Positions 13,382 through 25,680 are shown, counted from the first letter of the stretch. The stretch is 64,000 bases of DNA from Phoronis australis (GCA_002633005.1 NMRA01000232.1:360866-424865), one strand, 5' to 3'. The notes: generated by a model not told the origin, from the letters alone. Numbers and translations: made by a program.

Positions 13382-13893
13382 CTGGAGCATTAAGCATCAC
13401 TTACAAAAACTCCGAAAAAAGTAGAAACGACACAGAAGTCCACCAAAAAGGCAGGAACTACCACAATTCGCAGCTCTAAACGTACCCCTTGAATCTTACT
13501 AAAACGTCCACATTCTCAAAATTGCTAGCTCCCATATTTTAGGCTAGGTGCGCGCATGAATTGCCATTAGAGGGCACAACGGTAGTCAGAGCCGTCCGAA
13601 AGTGGTCGTCGTCAGGTATCACATTCAAAGGAACTTCAAGATGTTTGACGAATTTCACAAAGGTTCCGCAACTGGGTCAAGGAGGTACAACCGCGGACGT
13701 AAAAATAAAAACATTGCCACTAGGTATTCCCAAAACAGTGGGTTGCGTATGTTAGCCGTGGTTTTCTGAGCTTTCAATGGAACACATCTGCCAACTTTTG
13801 TTGATATCATACTTCGAACGGCTTGGTGGGGAGTGGCAACAAAGTGGCACAGAAGACGCCGAAGTACGACTGCGGTATTGATATCGGTCTTAA

Positions 13894-15540
13894 AGGAGAA
13901 TGCCACCCGATTTAATTAGTCTTTTTACCGTCTTAATCGGTCTATATCCACATCGCTTCAGTCTTATATGGTCGACCTTACCTTGCCGAGAGGTGTCGCG
14001 CTAACCTGTGAGGAAGGTGAGAAACGACGCAGCGACGTCAGTGATTCATCTGCAGAGTGAATGCCGCTATATTGGGGTGCATCGTTCCCGCTTGTCCGAA
14101 CTATGAAGCTGTGAAGAAAGCGGGTATATCGTTCTTTCGACTTCCTCGAGAGCCCGAAATTCTTAGGAAAGTGGCTCGAGGTAGTGAAGAATGAAAGTTA
14201 CTCTGTTAATAGCAAGTATGAGGCCGTGAAACATCTCCGGGATTTCGTCGACAGCGATTTCTCTGACGAATTGCGGCTTACCAAAGAACTATCCATACGT
14301 TCCGTTGCCTGTGCATGTTCACGGCGCCTCTCTAGTATTTCTTGATCAGTTTATTCCGGTTCGAACTGACAGCCTGTGAAACCTAAAAATCCGACCCGTG
14401 AAGCTTCGTGGCCGGGGAAGAGCTCTTGAATAAGTCGGGATTGGCGCCAGGCGAGTTGCCATGACGTTTATTATTCTGCGTTCCGTTTCAAAAGGAATTA
14501 TTCTTATCCTAACCAATGCTTATATGCAACTGAAACAAAGTCTGTCTCATAAGATACAATTTGCAATGCCTTTGCAGTATTCGTAAGTGCAAATGTAAAA
14601 AAGCCAGCAATGAATAAACCACTGCATTACCGGCTTTAGATGCTGGCAACAAAGGTAATTGACCAGGCACCGAGGCCGTGTGAGCGCATGCTAATCAAGT
14701 GTTTGCTGACAGAAAGCTGTTGTGAAACAATTACTCGATTTTATATGCTATGGTCACATGTTTGAGGAATCTTTATTTAGAAATACAAATACATTATTCA
14801 AATCATTGTTACTGTACAACCTTTGCCCTGACGGTCTGTGGAAGGGGAGCCCGATTTCGCGACCCCGACAAGTAAGTAGATTTTCAGTTTCGTGACCAAT
14901 TCACCTAATTACGTGCACATTATTTCTTTGGCTCACTATTATAGTCTTTTCGTGACTGGAGGTTTAGTTTCCAACTCAAGCTGGTTTATGTTCGTACCAA
15001 TCCCAGCTGCCGCGACCCGGACCTGATCGGGTTCCGAGCCACTGGCCTGGATAACAAGCGTTTTGTGTGTTTAGAACTAAAAAAACACAAGTATAAACAA
15101 CACAGGTCTAGGTTCTTCTGTCTGTATTTCACGGAAGAGTACTTCGAATTTGTCTCCGAACAGACAACTCCTGCTACGGACCTCGGTAAATTGGCCTGCC
15201 GAAATTTGTAGGCTACGGTGTGTCCAAATACCAATAAATCCGTAACAACGAAATAAAACAACACGTTTTTATAAGAACTCGGTGTATTTTTAAGGGTTTT
15301 ACATCGAAGCTTGGTGATTTATTGGCGTTCAACGATGAATTCAAGCGATAAGCTGACACCAGTAACCCGTGTTGTGAACTGCTGAACAGACTGCGTGTGA
15401 AACCAACAACGTCATTGGATAATATCAACACCTCCGTCTGCCGTCAGGTGTCAGGTAACGCAACCGAACGTGCCGTTATCGAGTAGAACTACTCGATCTA
15501 AATTGATTCAAAATAGGTTGTTTTTGGGTGGCATTCTCCT
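13894..15540 (+). mobile_element. Kolobok-type non-autonomous DNA transposon, copy 1, with decayed THAP domain
   Basis: TTAA at 13890-13893 and 15541-15544; perfect 15-bp TIR AGGAGAATGCCACCC; about 14061-14300 reads (with frameshifts) CIVPACPN..GISFFRLPREPEILRK/WLEVVK..F.DSDF. Confidence 0.85.
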
Positions 15541-15636
15541 TTAAGAATGGATATGATACTAGAAAATATGTGAACAACATAAATATAGCATATGACGTTT
15601 AGAAAAATATTTCGAATTGCACACCTAGTTACTCAC

Positions 15637-15720
15637 CCGCCACAACAGACAGACTTGACCCGATAGCTTATACAATGCGCGACATGAGCAGAAAATAAAA
15701 TGAAAAGCTATATGCAAACC
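15637..15720 (-). pseudogene. SLC18-like exon (TM4) with premature stop
   Basis: 84 nt; FAYSFSFYFLLMSRIV*AIGSSLSVVAG; TAA replaces the Q of RxxQG. Confidence 0.88.
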
Positions 15721-16373
15721 CTGAAAAAGCAAATCGTATTAGAACATCCAATTCGAGAAAATCGAAACAAATCTTATACGAATTCAAACTGTAAACATGC
15801 AACTGTTTGAAACTGGCGTTAAAAATGAAATTAGATTGTTTGACAGAAGCTAAGCTGCAATGCAATATATACACGTTCCCCCGAAATCAAAATGCAATTA
15901 TCACAGGAAGCTCAAAAATGTGGTCTAATAACTCTAAATGTTAAGACCTTCACTACCACCGGTATCGCTTTAAAGGGAGACATTGCGTTTTTCACCTTTG
16001 AGCACTACCTATAACGCAAAAGCCAGCACGTGAGAGTAACGCAAACTATGAAGCTGCCGTGCGCAAGCCGAAGAGTTAATGAGTTTTGCTAGGTCACGAA
16101 AGACCAAACAAAATTACCCGAATAGCTTGGGACTTTACTTTCGCGCACTGCTAACAACATGGCGGCATTTAAAAGGGGTTGTTCGGCGAGGTTGAATTTT
16201 TCAATTATTGGATGGAATTGCCTTTTCCGTACGTGCTATTCATTTCTCACAGCAAGAGTCTTGCGAATGTCTTGCGTTGCACAAATAGACCCTCCATCAC
16301 CAGTACATTTCATATCAGATGCAAGTATGGTAGAAACCAACTGCTATGAAAGGAAGGACATTTTTAGACCTAC

Positions 16374-16432
16374 CCAAGGTGGCGACAAGGTTGGCAATAC
16401 AGCCAACAACCAACGGCCACTTACGACCAAAT
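16374..16432 (-). pseudogene. SLC18-like exon (FGRKWPLVVGCIANLVATL, TM3)
   Basis: 59 nt; ttccAG/GTAGGT; MFS motif A RFGRK across the junction. Confidence 0.85.
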
Positions 16433-16935
16433 CTGGAAAATAAAAACATATCTTTAATGAAATTAATGAATGTATCAAGTGACTTTAAACAAAGATTTTA
16501 CATATTGTGACATTGGGCCCAGTAACCAACTTTAGGTACATGCTAATATTTACACGCAAACATCCATTTTTTGGAGAAAACAGCTTCCTCGTATATATAA
16601 GCTTGCGTGTTGCTCGCCATTTGTACAGTGCTGAGAATTTCCCGCAAAGGCATCAGTCGATATTTTCTTGACTACTTTGGATGAAAAAGGTGTTTTTCGT
16701 GACTATGCTTGATGAGTATGGCATTAAGTAAATGTAGCGAATCTGATTTTACATGAACAGCACCGAGAATATTCCTTAAAAAATGATAGACTGGCATTAA
16801 TCTTTTTGAAATAGATGATGCGACTAAGATCATTAAGAAAATGTAGTACAAACGCATGTTTGGTGATGCGTTTCATTCGCAATCGATTGATGCCGCAAAC
16901 AATTTTGAAAAAACAGTATTCGCTTCAAGCTTTAC

Positions 16936-17159
16936 CTTTCTACAATAAAGCCAACAAATACATTGGCTACCATTTCAGTTGTCGGCTTCGCGGTAAGAAT
17001 CGTGCCTATTTCGCTCGCTTTCGTAGTGTAAACGATCGCGTCGGACGCCTCATTGGCGAGCGACCGTGTTGTATTGTTGCTGATGTTCTCTCGTGAGATC
17101 AACGGTGATGTTCCATTGTTTGCGCCATCAACGTTCATGCATGCTGGGTAATATCGGAT
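16936..17159 (-). pseudogene. SLC18-like exon (lumenal loop + TM2), frameshifted
   Basis: DPILPSM, then +1 shift to NVDGANNGTS...EIGTILTAKPTTEMVANVFVGFIVER; 224 nt does not fit phases 1/2; several N-x-S/T sequons as in the VMAT lumenal loop. Confidence 0.85.
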
Positions 17160-18448
17160 CTGAAACAGAAAAATAAGGAGTGCGGTAAACTTTCTTCAAT
17201 TTGTTTCATCATGATATAGAGTTAGCAAAAAGGAAACTTTACGTCATTATTTGAACAGTTTATATCATGCAGCAGTTGTCATCAACAAATACACGATGAA
17301 ATTTTGTGAATTTTTAACAACCAAGACTTGGAATGACCAAGGAAAATTTTCATGTGATATGTGGTTCTACAATTAAACTGAATTGTGTGATAGAAATATT
17401 TTTGTGTAGTAAAATTTAACTGAAATAAAGTTTTTGCATGAGTAAAGTCGAAATATTGATATATAGAGACGAAAAAAGAGGACTGAAATTGGAAATCAAA
17501 TAAGAGGAAATCGAATAACAGGGAATAGAAACCAAAAAAGATGAAATCCTCTTAAAAGAGGAAAAATCCAAGCTCTGAACAAAGCAATGAGTTTTTGAAA
17601 AATGGAAACCTTGTCAGTTCTTGTTCCTCGCATTTGAGAATATTTAAAGGTTTATTTAGATCAAATCCAAGAGTAGGTGAAGAAACACACACGCCACACT
17701 ATCAGCACCATACATACAAACGTACGACTAGTGCACAACTGGTTTTGTCTACAGCTGTTAGCTGTGCTCACGAGACCAGTTTAGTTATTCGTTCCCACAT
17801 GACAACAAAACCGTGACATATTATGCAGGTTGGGCCACAAAGCACCCTACCTTAAGTTCGTTCTGAATTCGTGATTTACAAGGACTTCTTTATTTTCAGG
17901 TGGTCAATACAGCAGGCGTGGAATATTCTTTTGATCCCAAAGTGGATCACACTGGACATAGCACTAAGCAGCAGCAGATAAAATTCTTTGATGTCCATTT
18001 TTCCGCAAAACCGGTACTTCTAACACATGGACAATAAGGGCGACATTTTACCAAAATATCTACCAGAAATGATTTTAAAGCGAGCAAAATGTCAATCCGA
18101 CACGACAAGCGAGCATTTCAACAACGGAACGACCCATGAGAGGGCAAAACATCCTCCCGAGACGTGCACTAAGCGGGCAAATATTCACCCGACACGATAC
18201 GTGAGCGTCGTGAGAGAAAATGAAAATATCCCACCACTTTTTTCCGAAAGCGCTCCTGGGGGCTTCTAATTTAGGGCCTACACAAAATCAAAAGCTTCTT
18301 ATTAATTAGTTCACACCTTTGTTATCTGGTAAATACTTCGGGTTTGATACGTGAACGCGACCACACCAAAAGAGATATAGGCTCCCACAGAAAGAATGGC
18401 TGGGGGTTACGCCTGTATAAATTTAGGTATAACCGCCAGAGTGGTGCA

Positions 18449-19518
18449 GGTATATGTAAGTGTACCTGTCGCAACGGGTACAACTATATAGTAAGTATAC
18501 TGGCCCATATAAATGTCTTTGAACCCGCCAGAGTGGATGAAGCTACAGTATACAAATATAGGTGTACCAACTGTGACGAGCACAACCAATATGACGGGTA
18601 CATCTACCTGTATCCGTCGGAGGAGGAACGCCTTTCAACAAATGTATTTTGTCGGGTGCAGTGTGTGAGTGTAGTGGCACGTAGGCACAGACAACTACCT
18701 TTTGGCGTTTAAACGTAGCGCCTACGCACCGTAAGTTACTTTATAGTGCGAATTCAGTGCACTTTCAAAGCTGAGTGCTCAAGGTGATACTGTGGGCATT
18801 GAGCGCCTACTTACCTCTAATTTTACCACAACAGCACTGGTCAGGTGCTCTTATATAAATGCAGACGACGGACTCGTCGGAGTGTGTTGATATTACGTGT
18901 TATTAGTGCAAGTGCTATTGGACAAATATGACTTCTGCCGATTCTGGTTTCCTCAGAGTGTTGTCATAAGTTTGAGGTGNGGTATATGTAAGTGTACCTG
19001 TCGCAACGGGTACAACGATATAGTAAGTATACTGGCCCATATAAATGTCTTTGAACCCGCCAGAGTGGATGAAGCTACTGTATACAAATATAGGTGTACC
19101 AACTGTGACGAGCACAACCAATATGACGGGTACATCTACCTGTATCCGTCGGAGGAGGAACGCCTTTCCACAAATGTATTTGTCGGGTGCAGTGCTGTAC
19201 GTAGTGAGTGTAGTGGCACGTAGGCACAGACAACTACCTTTTGGCGTTTAAACGTAGCGCCTACGCACCGTAAGTTACTTTATAGTGCGAATTCAGTGCA
19301 CTTTCAAAGCTGAGTGCTCAAGGTGATACTGTGGGCATTGAGCGCCTACTTACCTCTAATTTTACCACAACAGCACTGGTCAGGTGCTCTTATATAAATG
19401 CAGACGACGGACTCGTCGGAGTGTGTTGATATTACGTGTTATTAGTGCAAGTGCTATTGGACAAATATGACTTCTGCCGATTCTGGTTTCCTCAGAGTGT
19501 TGTCATAAGTTTGAGGTG
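18449..19518. repeat. About 535-bp near-identical tandem duplication split by one N (probable haplotype-overlap artefact)
   Basis: 18449-18979 vs 18981-19518 with a few SNPs and indels; N at 18980. Confidence 0.85.
19190..19378. mobile_element. hAT-type MITE
   Basis: TIR CAGTGCTGT/ACAGCACTG; 8-bp TSD GTCGGGTG/GTCAGGTG; duplicate at 18659-18839. Confidence 0.8.
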
Positions 19519-22076
19519 TGCTATTTCGAACTCTCAGGAAGCTAGAGTCGGCGGATACCAGTCTTTGTTCAATAAAACTTGCTTTAAAGAAATTTATAGC
19601 CAACGTACCCAGCTAATGTTATCAGCCAACGTCAGCATGACGTTGTTACGCGGACTAAGAGAAAATCATTGAGATGTCTTGAGTTTTGTCTTTCACGTGA
19701 GCGCAAAAGGGACATTCTCATTGACAGTGTTCTTTCCATTAACATGGTTTAAAGTCCCATAAACTGCCTTGTGTTAAAAACACTGAATACTGTCGTTTTT
19801 CAACAAGGTTATCTTTTGTGCTTTTATCGCTAATATATAAAAAATCTCTTAAGATACCAATTAACTTCTGCAAAATGTTAGGATTCCGATGTTTACTTGT
19901 TTATATTTTGTTCTTTCTCGAACAACTGCCACCATTTTAGGATTAACTAAACCTGTCATTACACAGAGCTAAGTAAAAAGTCACTAAACCATTCCAACTT
20001 ATAGTTTGTTTTTAAAGCATCGTTAACAATAATAGCATTGGAAAGCCATAAACTACAGTTAGGTTGTGCTCAACCAAATATCTAGACTGGGCAACTGGGT
20101 TTGGCTAACATGAATATACTTTTTACTCTCATGCGCAGTCGCGCTCGAAAAGTTCCAAAATCAATAAGTTGCAATTACTATGTTTTGAAATAAAAACATG
20201 GTTTCAAAAGTGTGCCGTTTCAATTAAAACAAGTAGGTACAACTTTGTGATTAGTTTTACGAGAGGCCAGTCAACAAGATGACCCTAACTCAAACCCATC
20301 AAATAATCTTTATGCGCAATTGGAGCAAGCTCGCATTTTGACCGGTTGAGAAAAGCAAATCTCCTAACACATAAAATGTTAGGCTTCGTAACCTTGTGAT
20401 TGAGGACTTTATTTTGTAAGATGTAATGCTTTTGAGTTTCTGTTCATCACCACTAGGACGAAACAAACCAGGGCAGTGTTTCAGTACCGAAGTTCAACAA
20501 AATTTTGACTTTTTATCGAAGTTCCCAACAAATGGTTTACTTTTTCAAGTTCACTCTTTAAATCGGTAAGTACCGTAGTACCTAATTTCCTCTCAAGTCG
20601 CTGTCCCTCACTTCGAAAATATGGTTAAATTCATACTACTCCTTCATATAGACCTGGTGTTGGTTATAACCACCGTTGATAAGATGCACGACTAAGCAAA
20701 GCTTAAGTTTGCCACTTTTCTTGTACAAGCTTGTCAGAAACATTGAACACTGCTGTTATTTAGAGGTGCCTCTCAGATTTACCACAAAGGCATTTACCCG
20801 TCGACGAATGGAAATGTAGTTGGCACAATGCTGTCTGTGTTTTCTCAGATTGCTGGATGGTTATTCATGACTCTCCCTTTGTGTTTGTGCAACGTGAGCC
20901 TAATAATCCCAAACCATACACAATTGTAGGAGAACGTTGAACCTAAAAACTGGAGACGCGATTCGTGATCCAAGAAGTCAAAGTTTCGGTTTATTGACAT
21001 AAAACCGTCATCAGGAAGCAATGTCACTAACCGGCAATACAACTTTCTCCTGTTACTATGGCCAAAAACTAAAACGATAGACTTTGGTGAGTTAAATACG
21101 ACTCATGATCAAGTTTACATGAAAAGAATCCAACGTTGACACAGTGGCACCTCAACCGGTTTGCGTACCTTGAAATCTGCCGGCATTGAACAAAACACCA
21201 TGTTGATATAATTAATTACATTGCCTTAGGCTGCAAATTAATGTTACCATTCTCTGGATAATCAGAGTCATAAACACACCGGGGACGACAATAGTATTTG
21301 TTTTTTAAATTTTCGTTTTGAAAGTTTGTAAATTTCATAATAAAATCATTCTTGAAAACAACACGAGGTTAGATTTTCAAGTTTTGAAAATCGGACAGGA
21401 AATGTGCCTTTTACAACATAAAACGTTTTATGTTGCCGTATTACTTATGTGGTTTCTCATTAATTCTGCAGGGTGCGCAGTATAATTGGAACAATTACCA
21501 AAATACCAAGCCACAGTTGGATTTTGAGGTAAGCCAAGGGTCATTGTAAAATTCGTGGCAAGTAGACAAATTGTTCAAATTGAATTACCAAACGTATCTG
21601 TCAGACAAGCATCGAATCATTGACATGCACCACTTCTAACATAAAATCGTTAAATGGTTTGTGCGCAAAATTTTATGTTCGTAGAGAAATAGAGCTTGTG
21701 GTTCGAAGCTACGATTTTATACAGGGTTCACGTTGTTTTCATAATCAGTTTGATTCCAGTAATTCACATCTGAACGATACGTAGGCTAATACGGTAAAAT
21801 GATTCACCCGAAACGATGCTTACCGTAGGGCAAAACATACATCCATTAACTACACGTCCTTGCCAAACCATCAAGTGGCATCGTCCCCGGCTCAATCTAG
21901 ACAAAATATTTGTTAAATATAAGTCCAAGCCTACCAACACTGGTGAGTAACATTAGATCCAGCATCATTGCTACAAATACGATGGCAACATACACACCCC
22001 CGAGACCCATGCCACCCTTCTTGTGACAGTGTCCCTCAATCTAGACAACTGTTCTTAAATATAAGTCAAAACCTAC

Positions 22077-22182
22077 CAACAATGGTGATTAACATTAGAT
22101 CAAGCATCATTGCTACAAATACGTTGGCAACAACCAGTTTCTTGGAATAACGAATGTCCTGCCAGCAAGAGTACCAGATCAT
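22077..22182 (-). pseudogene. SLC18-like first coding exon (MIWYSCWQDIRYSKKL...LDLMLITIV, TM1)
   Basis: Acceptor upstream at 22206/22207, ATG at 22182, G|GTAGGT donor phase 1. Confidence 0.85.
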
Positions 22183-22499
22183 CCTGCGAGTTCTTCAGGT
22201 GGTTGTCTGAAACACACAGCTATGTATTGTCTTATCGAACATTCAATGTCACCAATCGCTACCGTACATGTATATTAGCTAGATTGATACCTGCTACCGT
22301 TTCTCGAAAAGCCTTCATAATTGTTTCTACTAAATCACCAGAACCTTTTTATCGCTGTCGTTGCCGTAAATGCGGAGAAACGCGTATTGGATGTTAATCA
22401 ACTTTAATTATTAATGTAAAAACTATGGAAGTTTTACTATCTTTTCGCGCTCGTATGAAACTTCATGTGAAACGTTGTGTTTTGATAGCGTGATTAATG

Positions 22500-22645
22500 T
22501 AGTGGCGGATTTAAAGGGGGGCATGGCCCCCTCTAAAACTCCCAGATTCCATTTGGCAGTTCGGGGGTGCGCCGTCTGACGGGCAAAATCCTGGCTAATA
22601 CTATGCCCTGCCCCCCCCTAAATAAAAATCCTGGATCCGCCCCTG
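22500..22645. mobile_element. MITE with AGTGGCGGAT...ATCCGCCCCTG termini (hAT-like); related ends at 250-280 and 28914-29054
   Basis: Terminal inverted repeats with internal G/C runs; TSD not clear. Confidence 0.65.
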
Positions 22646-24399
22646 AAATGGCTTGTAACATAGAGTGGACTATATAATGACGGTTAAATATGGTCAAGTG
22701 AATCCACATCTGCGTAAATTGATACAGTGTATATACCCCTAGGTCACACGAAAGTTGAAAGCATCAAATTGCTCAATCTTCTCTTTTTCAGCAACTAGTG
22801 ACGACAACCGCATCCTTTCATAATCCTTTTTCTGAAACTAGCAACTTCTATATTCTATACTAGAAAGTATTGAAATCAATCACTACCATGGATCGATAGT
22901 AGCCGAAATCACTCTCTAGCATTTCGCATGAAGAGAAAGCATAGATAACGTTATCTTCACTAACTTATTTGTTGGAAATTCAATCTCAAACATTGACGTG
23001 TGTACTGAGCTGTTACCGTCTCTGATTTTGCAATGGCAGCCGACGGATAAAGTATTTTGCTTTATCTATGATCAAAGCGGTTGTACTCGGTCAAACCAGT
23101 ATACATCTTTCGGAACTCATTCTTATGTACAACACAGATCATCGACTGTTATGAAGTCAAAGTAAAGGTGGGAAAGCAACATAAGTTTTATTGTTTTTTT
23201 TTCTGTGACAGATGCCATTGAAGGAAGTGAGGCCTATGCTTAATTTCGACTATCCATACAAAATGGTGCTTTGAATTTCGATTCTCAAAACAATCAACAT
23301 TCTTCATTTGAAATAAAGTATCGTAATTAAACTTGGATCTCCATCAAAGATGTTACGGGGATTTTGCAAGAAATTAAAGAGGCCGTTTTTTCGCTAAGGG
23401 CCTCCGTAGCGATGGCCGCTCAGAGATTGGAACCAAAAGACATAAATCTTGTACATACATACTTATTTTTGGATGCTTTTATTCGTGCGATATGCAAAAT
23501 CGACGACGATGAAATATTGAAGATACAGACTCTCGTACGTTGTATTTCAAATATCTCCAAAGACGGTCAGTGCTCACCACGGTGAACGCATTCTCTTCCT
23601 GCCTTGTTTGTGTCGGGTCACTTAACCGTGCACTGCATGGGATTCACTTTATTGGAGCGGTTGTCCCCTAACGGGGACCCATTATGTGCACTTCAGCATA
23701 ATTGACCAAAACGGAATCGAACTTATTTTTGTTTCTAAACGAATGAATGAAAATCCACTTAATGGGTGAAAAAATTATTTAAAAGGTGAACATGAATCTA
23801 ACGTCAAGCAAAAATGGACACTATGGTACAAAACTGGACATTGTAGATCAAAATGGACATCATGGGTCAAATGCGCATGAAGGGTCAAAACAGCCTCCAG
23901 CCAGAACACGACTACGGTACTTAGGTGCACCACACTTGCTCTGCACTCACAAGAAATCTTTGTTTATCAAGTATCCCATGATTCAGCTTTCCAAATCAAC
24001 GACCAATCTCTTCTGTTGCCACCCGTTGAGGGCTGAATGTGACAGCTTTGAAGTGGTCCTCTAAACTTCTTCCAAAATCTTCTATGACCTTGAATTCTCA
24101 AAAGAGCATGACACCATCTTTGTGTTTTTCATAAACCTGAATTTAAGCTAATTGATATCTATGTTGTACTAGTCTACAAATTTACAATGACATTCGTCAT
24201 TGACAGATTGACCACAAAACACTTGTATATGTAGGTATTCTGAATTAATATATTTATGATCGACACCTTAAGAGCAACCACTGTCGAAGAAAACAGATAC
24301 TTCAGCAATCAATGTGGTTCAAGTTCCTTTAAGTTCGATCATTTCATGCCGTCAGAAAAAAAGCCAAAGGCTCAAAATACGTTGAAATTATCCGAAAAC

Positions 24400-24960
24400 A
24401 AAAGCATGTCACCACTTCTTTGATTAAAAACTATTTATTAAATTTCATAAAAATCCATCAGGGAACTTCAGAGAAACAGAGGAAAACGGAAAAATGAAAT
24501 TGCCATTAGGGGCGCAATGTTTGTCAGATCCGTCTGAAAGTCATCGTCGTCCCTTGTCAACTTCATACAAATATACTTGTTTCCTGCAGAGGCTTTAGGA
24601 GATACATGTACAGCTATGAGCGCAAAAACTGCCACTAGGAGGCGCTACAGTGACTGAAATCGGAAAATTATCGTCAACCGTCCTCATCGCACCGAGCTAA
24701 GAACATACAATCATCCTTAGAGTGGTTTGGTTGACAGAGTGGCGGTCGCCAAAATAAACTAGGAAACAGCAAAAATGGCCACCAAATGGCGCAAAATATG
24801 TCGAATCCATCCGCAAACGGAAAAATGTCACCGTTTCTTTCATTGAAAGCTACTTACTACATTTCATGAAAATCCATCATTTGCCACTAGGGGACACAGC
24901 ATTCGTCGGATCCGTCTCAGTGAAAGCGATCGTCATTCGTTGTCAATTTCAAATAAATAC
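24400..24960 (+). repeat. Diverged internal-repeat element (possibly Helitron/Helentron derived); related piece at 13561-13740
   Basis: 24406-24460 resembles 24825-24880; repeated TGCCA(C/T)TAGGGG..C followed by GATCCGTC..GAAAG. Confidence 0.6.
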
Positions 24961-25680
24961 AGTTGCTATCAGTCTGGGTCAACTTGTAGAAGAATGTTAC
25001 CCCAGCAAATGTTCAATATTCTGAGGGAGTTTCAAGTTATGCAAGACACTTAGCACTGGTCTGTACATTGGCTAGTGAACCTACAGCATGCGGTAAGTTT
25101 ACTTCGTTCTCAACTAACAGGTATCTGCCCAAGAGTCTGTCGGAGCCTTTGGCCGTTTGCGAGGTGTGGACTCTGGGTGGAGCGACAGCTTCGAAAGATC
25201 TGCGATTTTAAAACCCTTTCTCAAACGATTTTGAAAAAAAATGCACCGAAGTGCGATTTTTTGCAATAACCGTAAATCTGAAGTGATGATAAGGCAGTTG
25301 AAAGTTTGGAGAAATTTGGAAAGGCCATCCTCATTGTAGAGCGAAAACCCTCATCGACTTGGCTCATTTATGGTGAGGTAAGCGTCGATATTGACATATA
25401 TTTTTCAAGACCGAAATTTTCTCCACTCACTATAACTTATTTGTGATGTCCTGAAAATCTCATCCCCTATTCTCTTGGAATCGTAATCTCAAAATCACAA
25501 AAATCTTCAGCAATCAAGATGTCCAATCCATAATCTCCTAATGCGCACTTGAGTAAAAACAAAACATTATTAGAAGCCTTAACAAAAGCAAACAGACATA
25601 TTTATGATTGCCTGCGCTGGTTCGTAAGCCGTGTCAGTTGTGCATCTGGACACGACGAACAAGCCTCCCTATTTGACGAA

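Larger units (their letters stand above)
5886..22182 (-). pseudogene. SLC18A/VMAT-like vesicular amine transporter (MFS), unprocessed probable pseudogene; 12 exons found, last exon not found
   Basis: Exons 22077-22182, 16936-17159, 16374-16432, 15637-15720, 13289-13381, 12366-12455, 9924-9970, 9541-9607, 9013-9108, 8344-8474, 7859-8042, 5886-5931. Peptides align by eye to VMAT: SKKLVVANVFVAMMLDLMLITIV-DPILPS, DDEER, GFPFGSICYQYLGRKATFL, LLDPYI, PAWMM..WQIG, PLLAYIVDLRHHSQYG, GPSCGG..IVGF. Lesions: +1 frameshift near 17139 and TAA at 15668-15670. Confidence 0.85.

Noticed and set aside
18344-19223. Cys-rich plus-strand ORFs (GICKCTCRNG...YRCTNCDEH) apparently duplicated
   Set aside because: Antisense to the hydrophobic minus-strand frame, run into a MITE, and the duplication straddles an N join.
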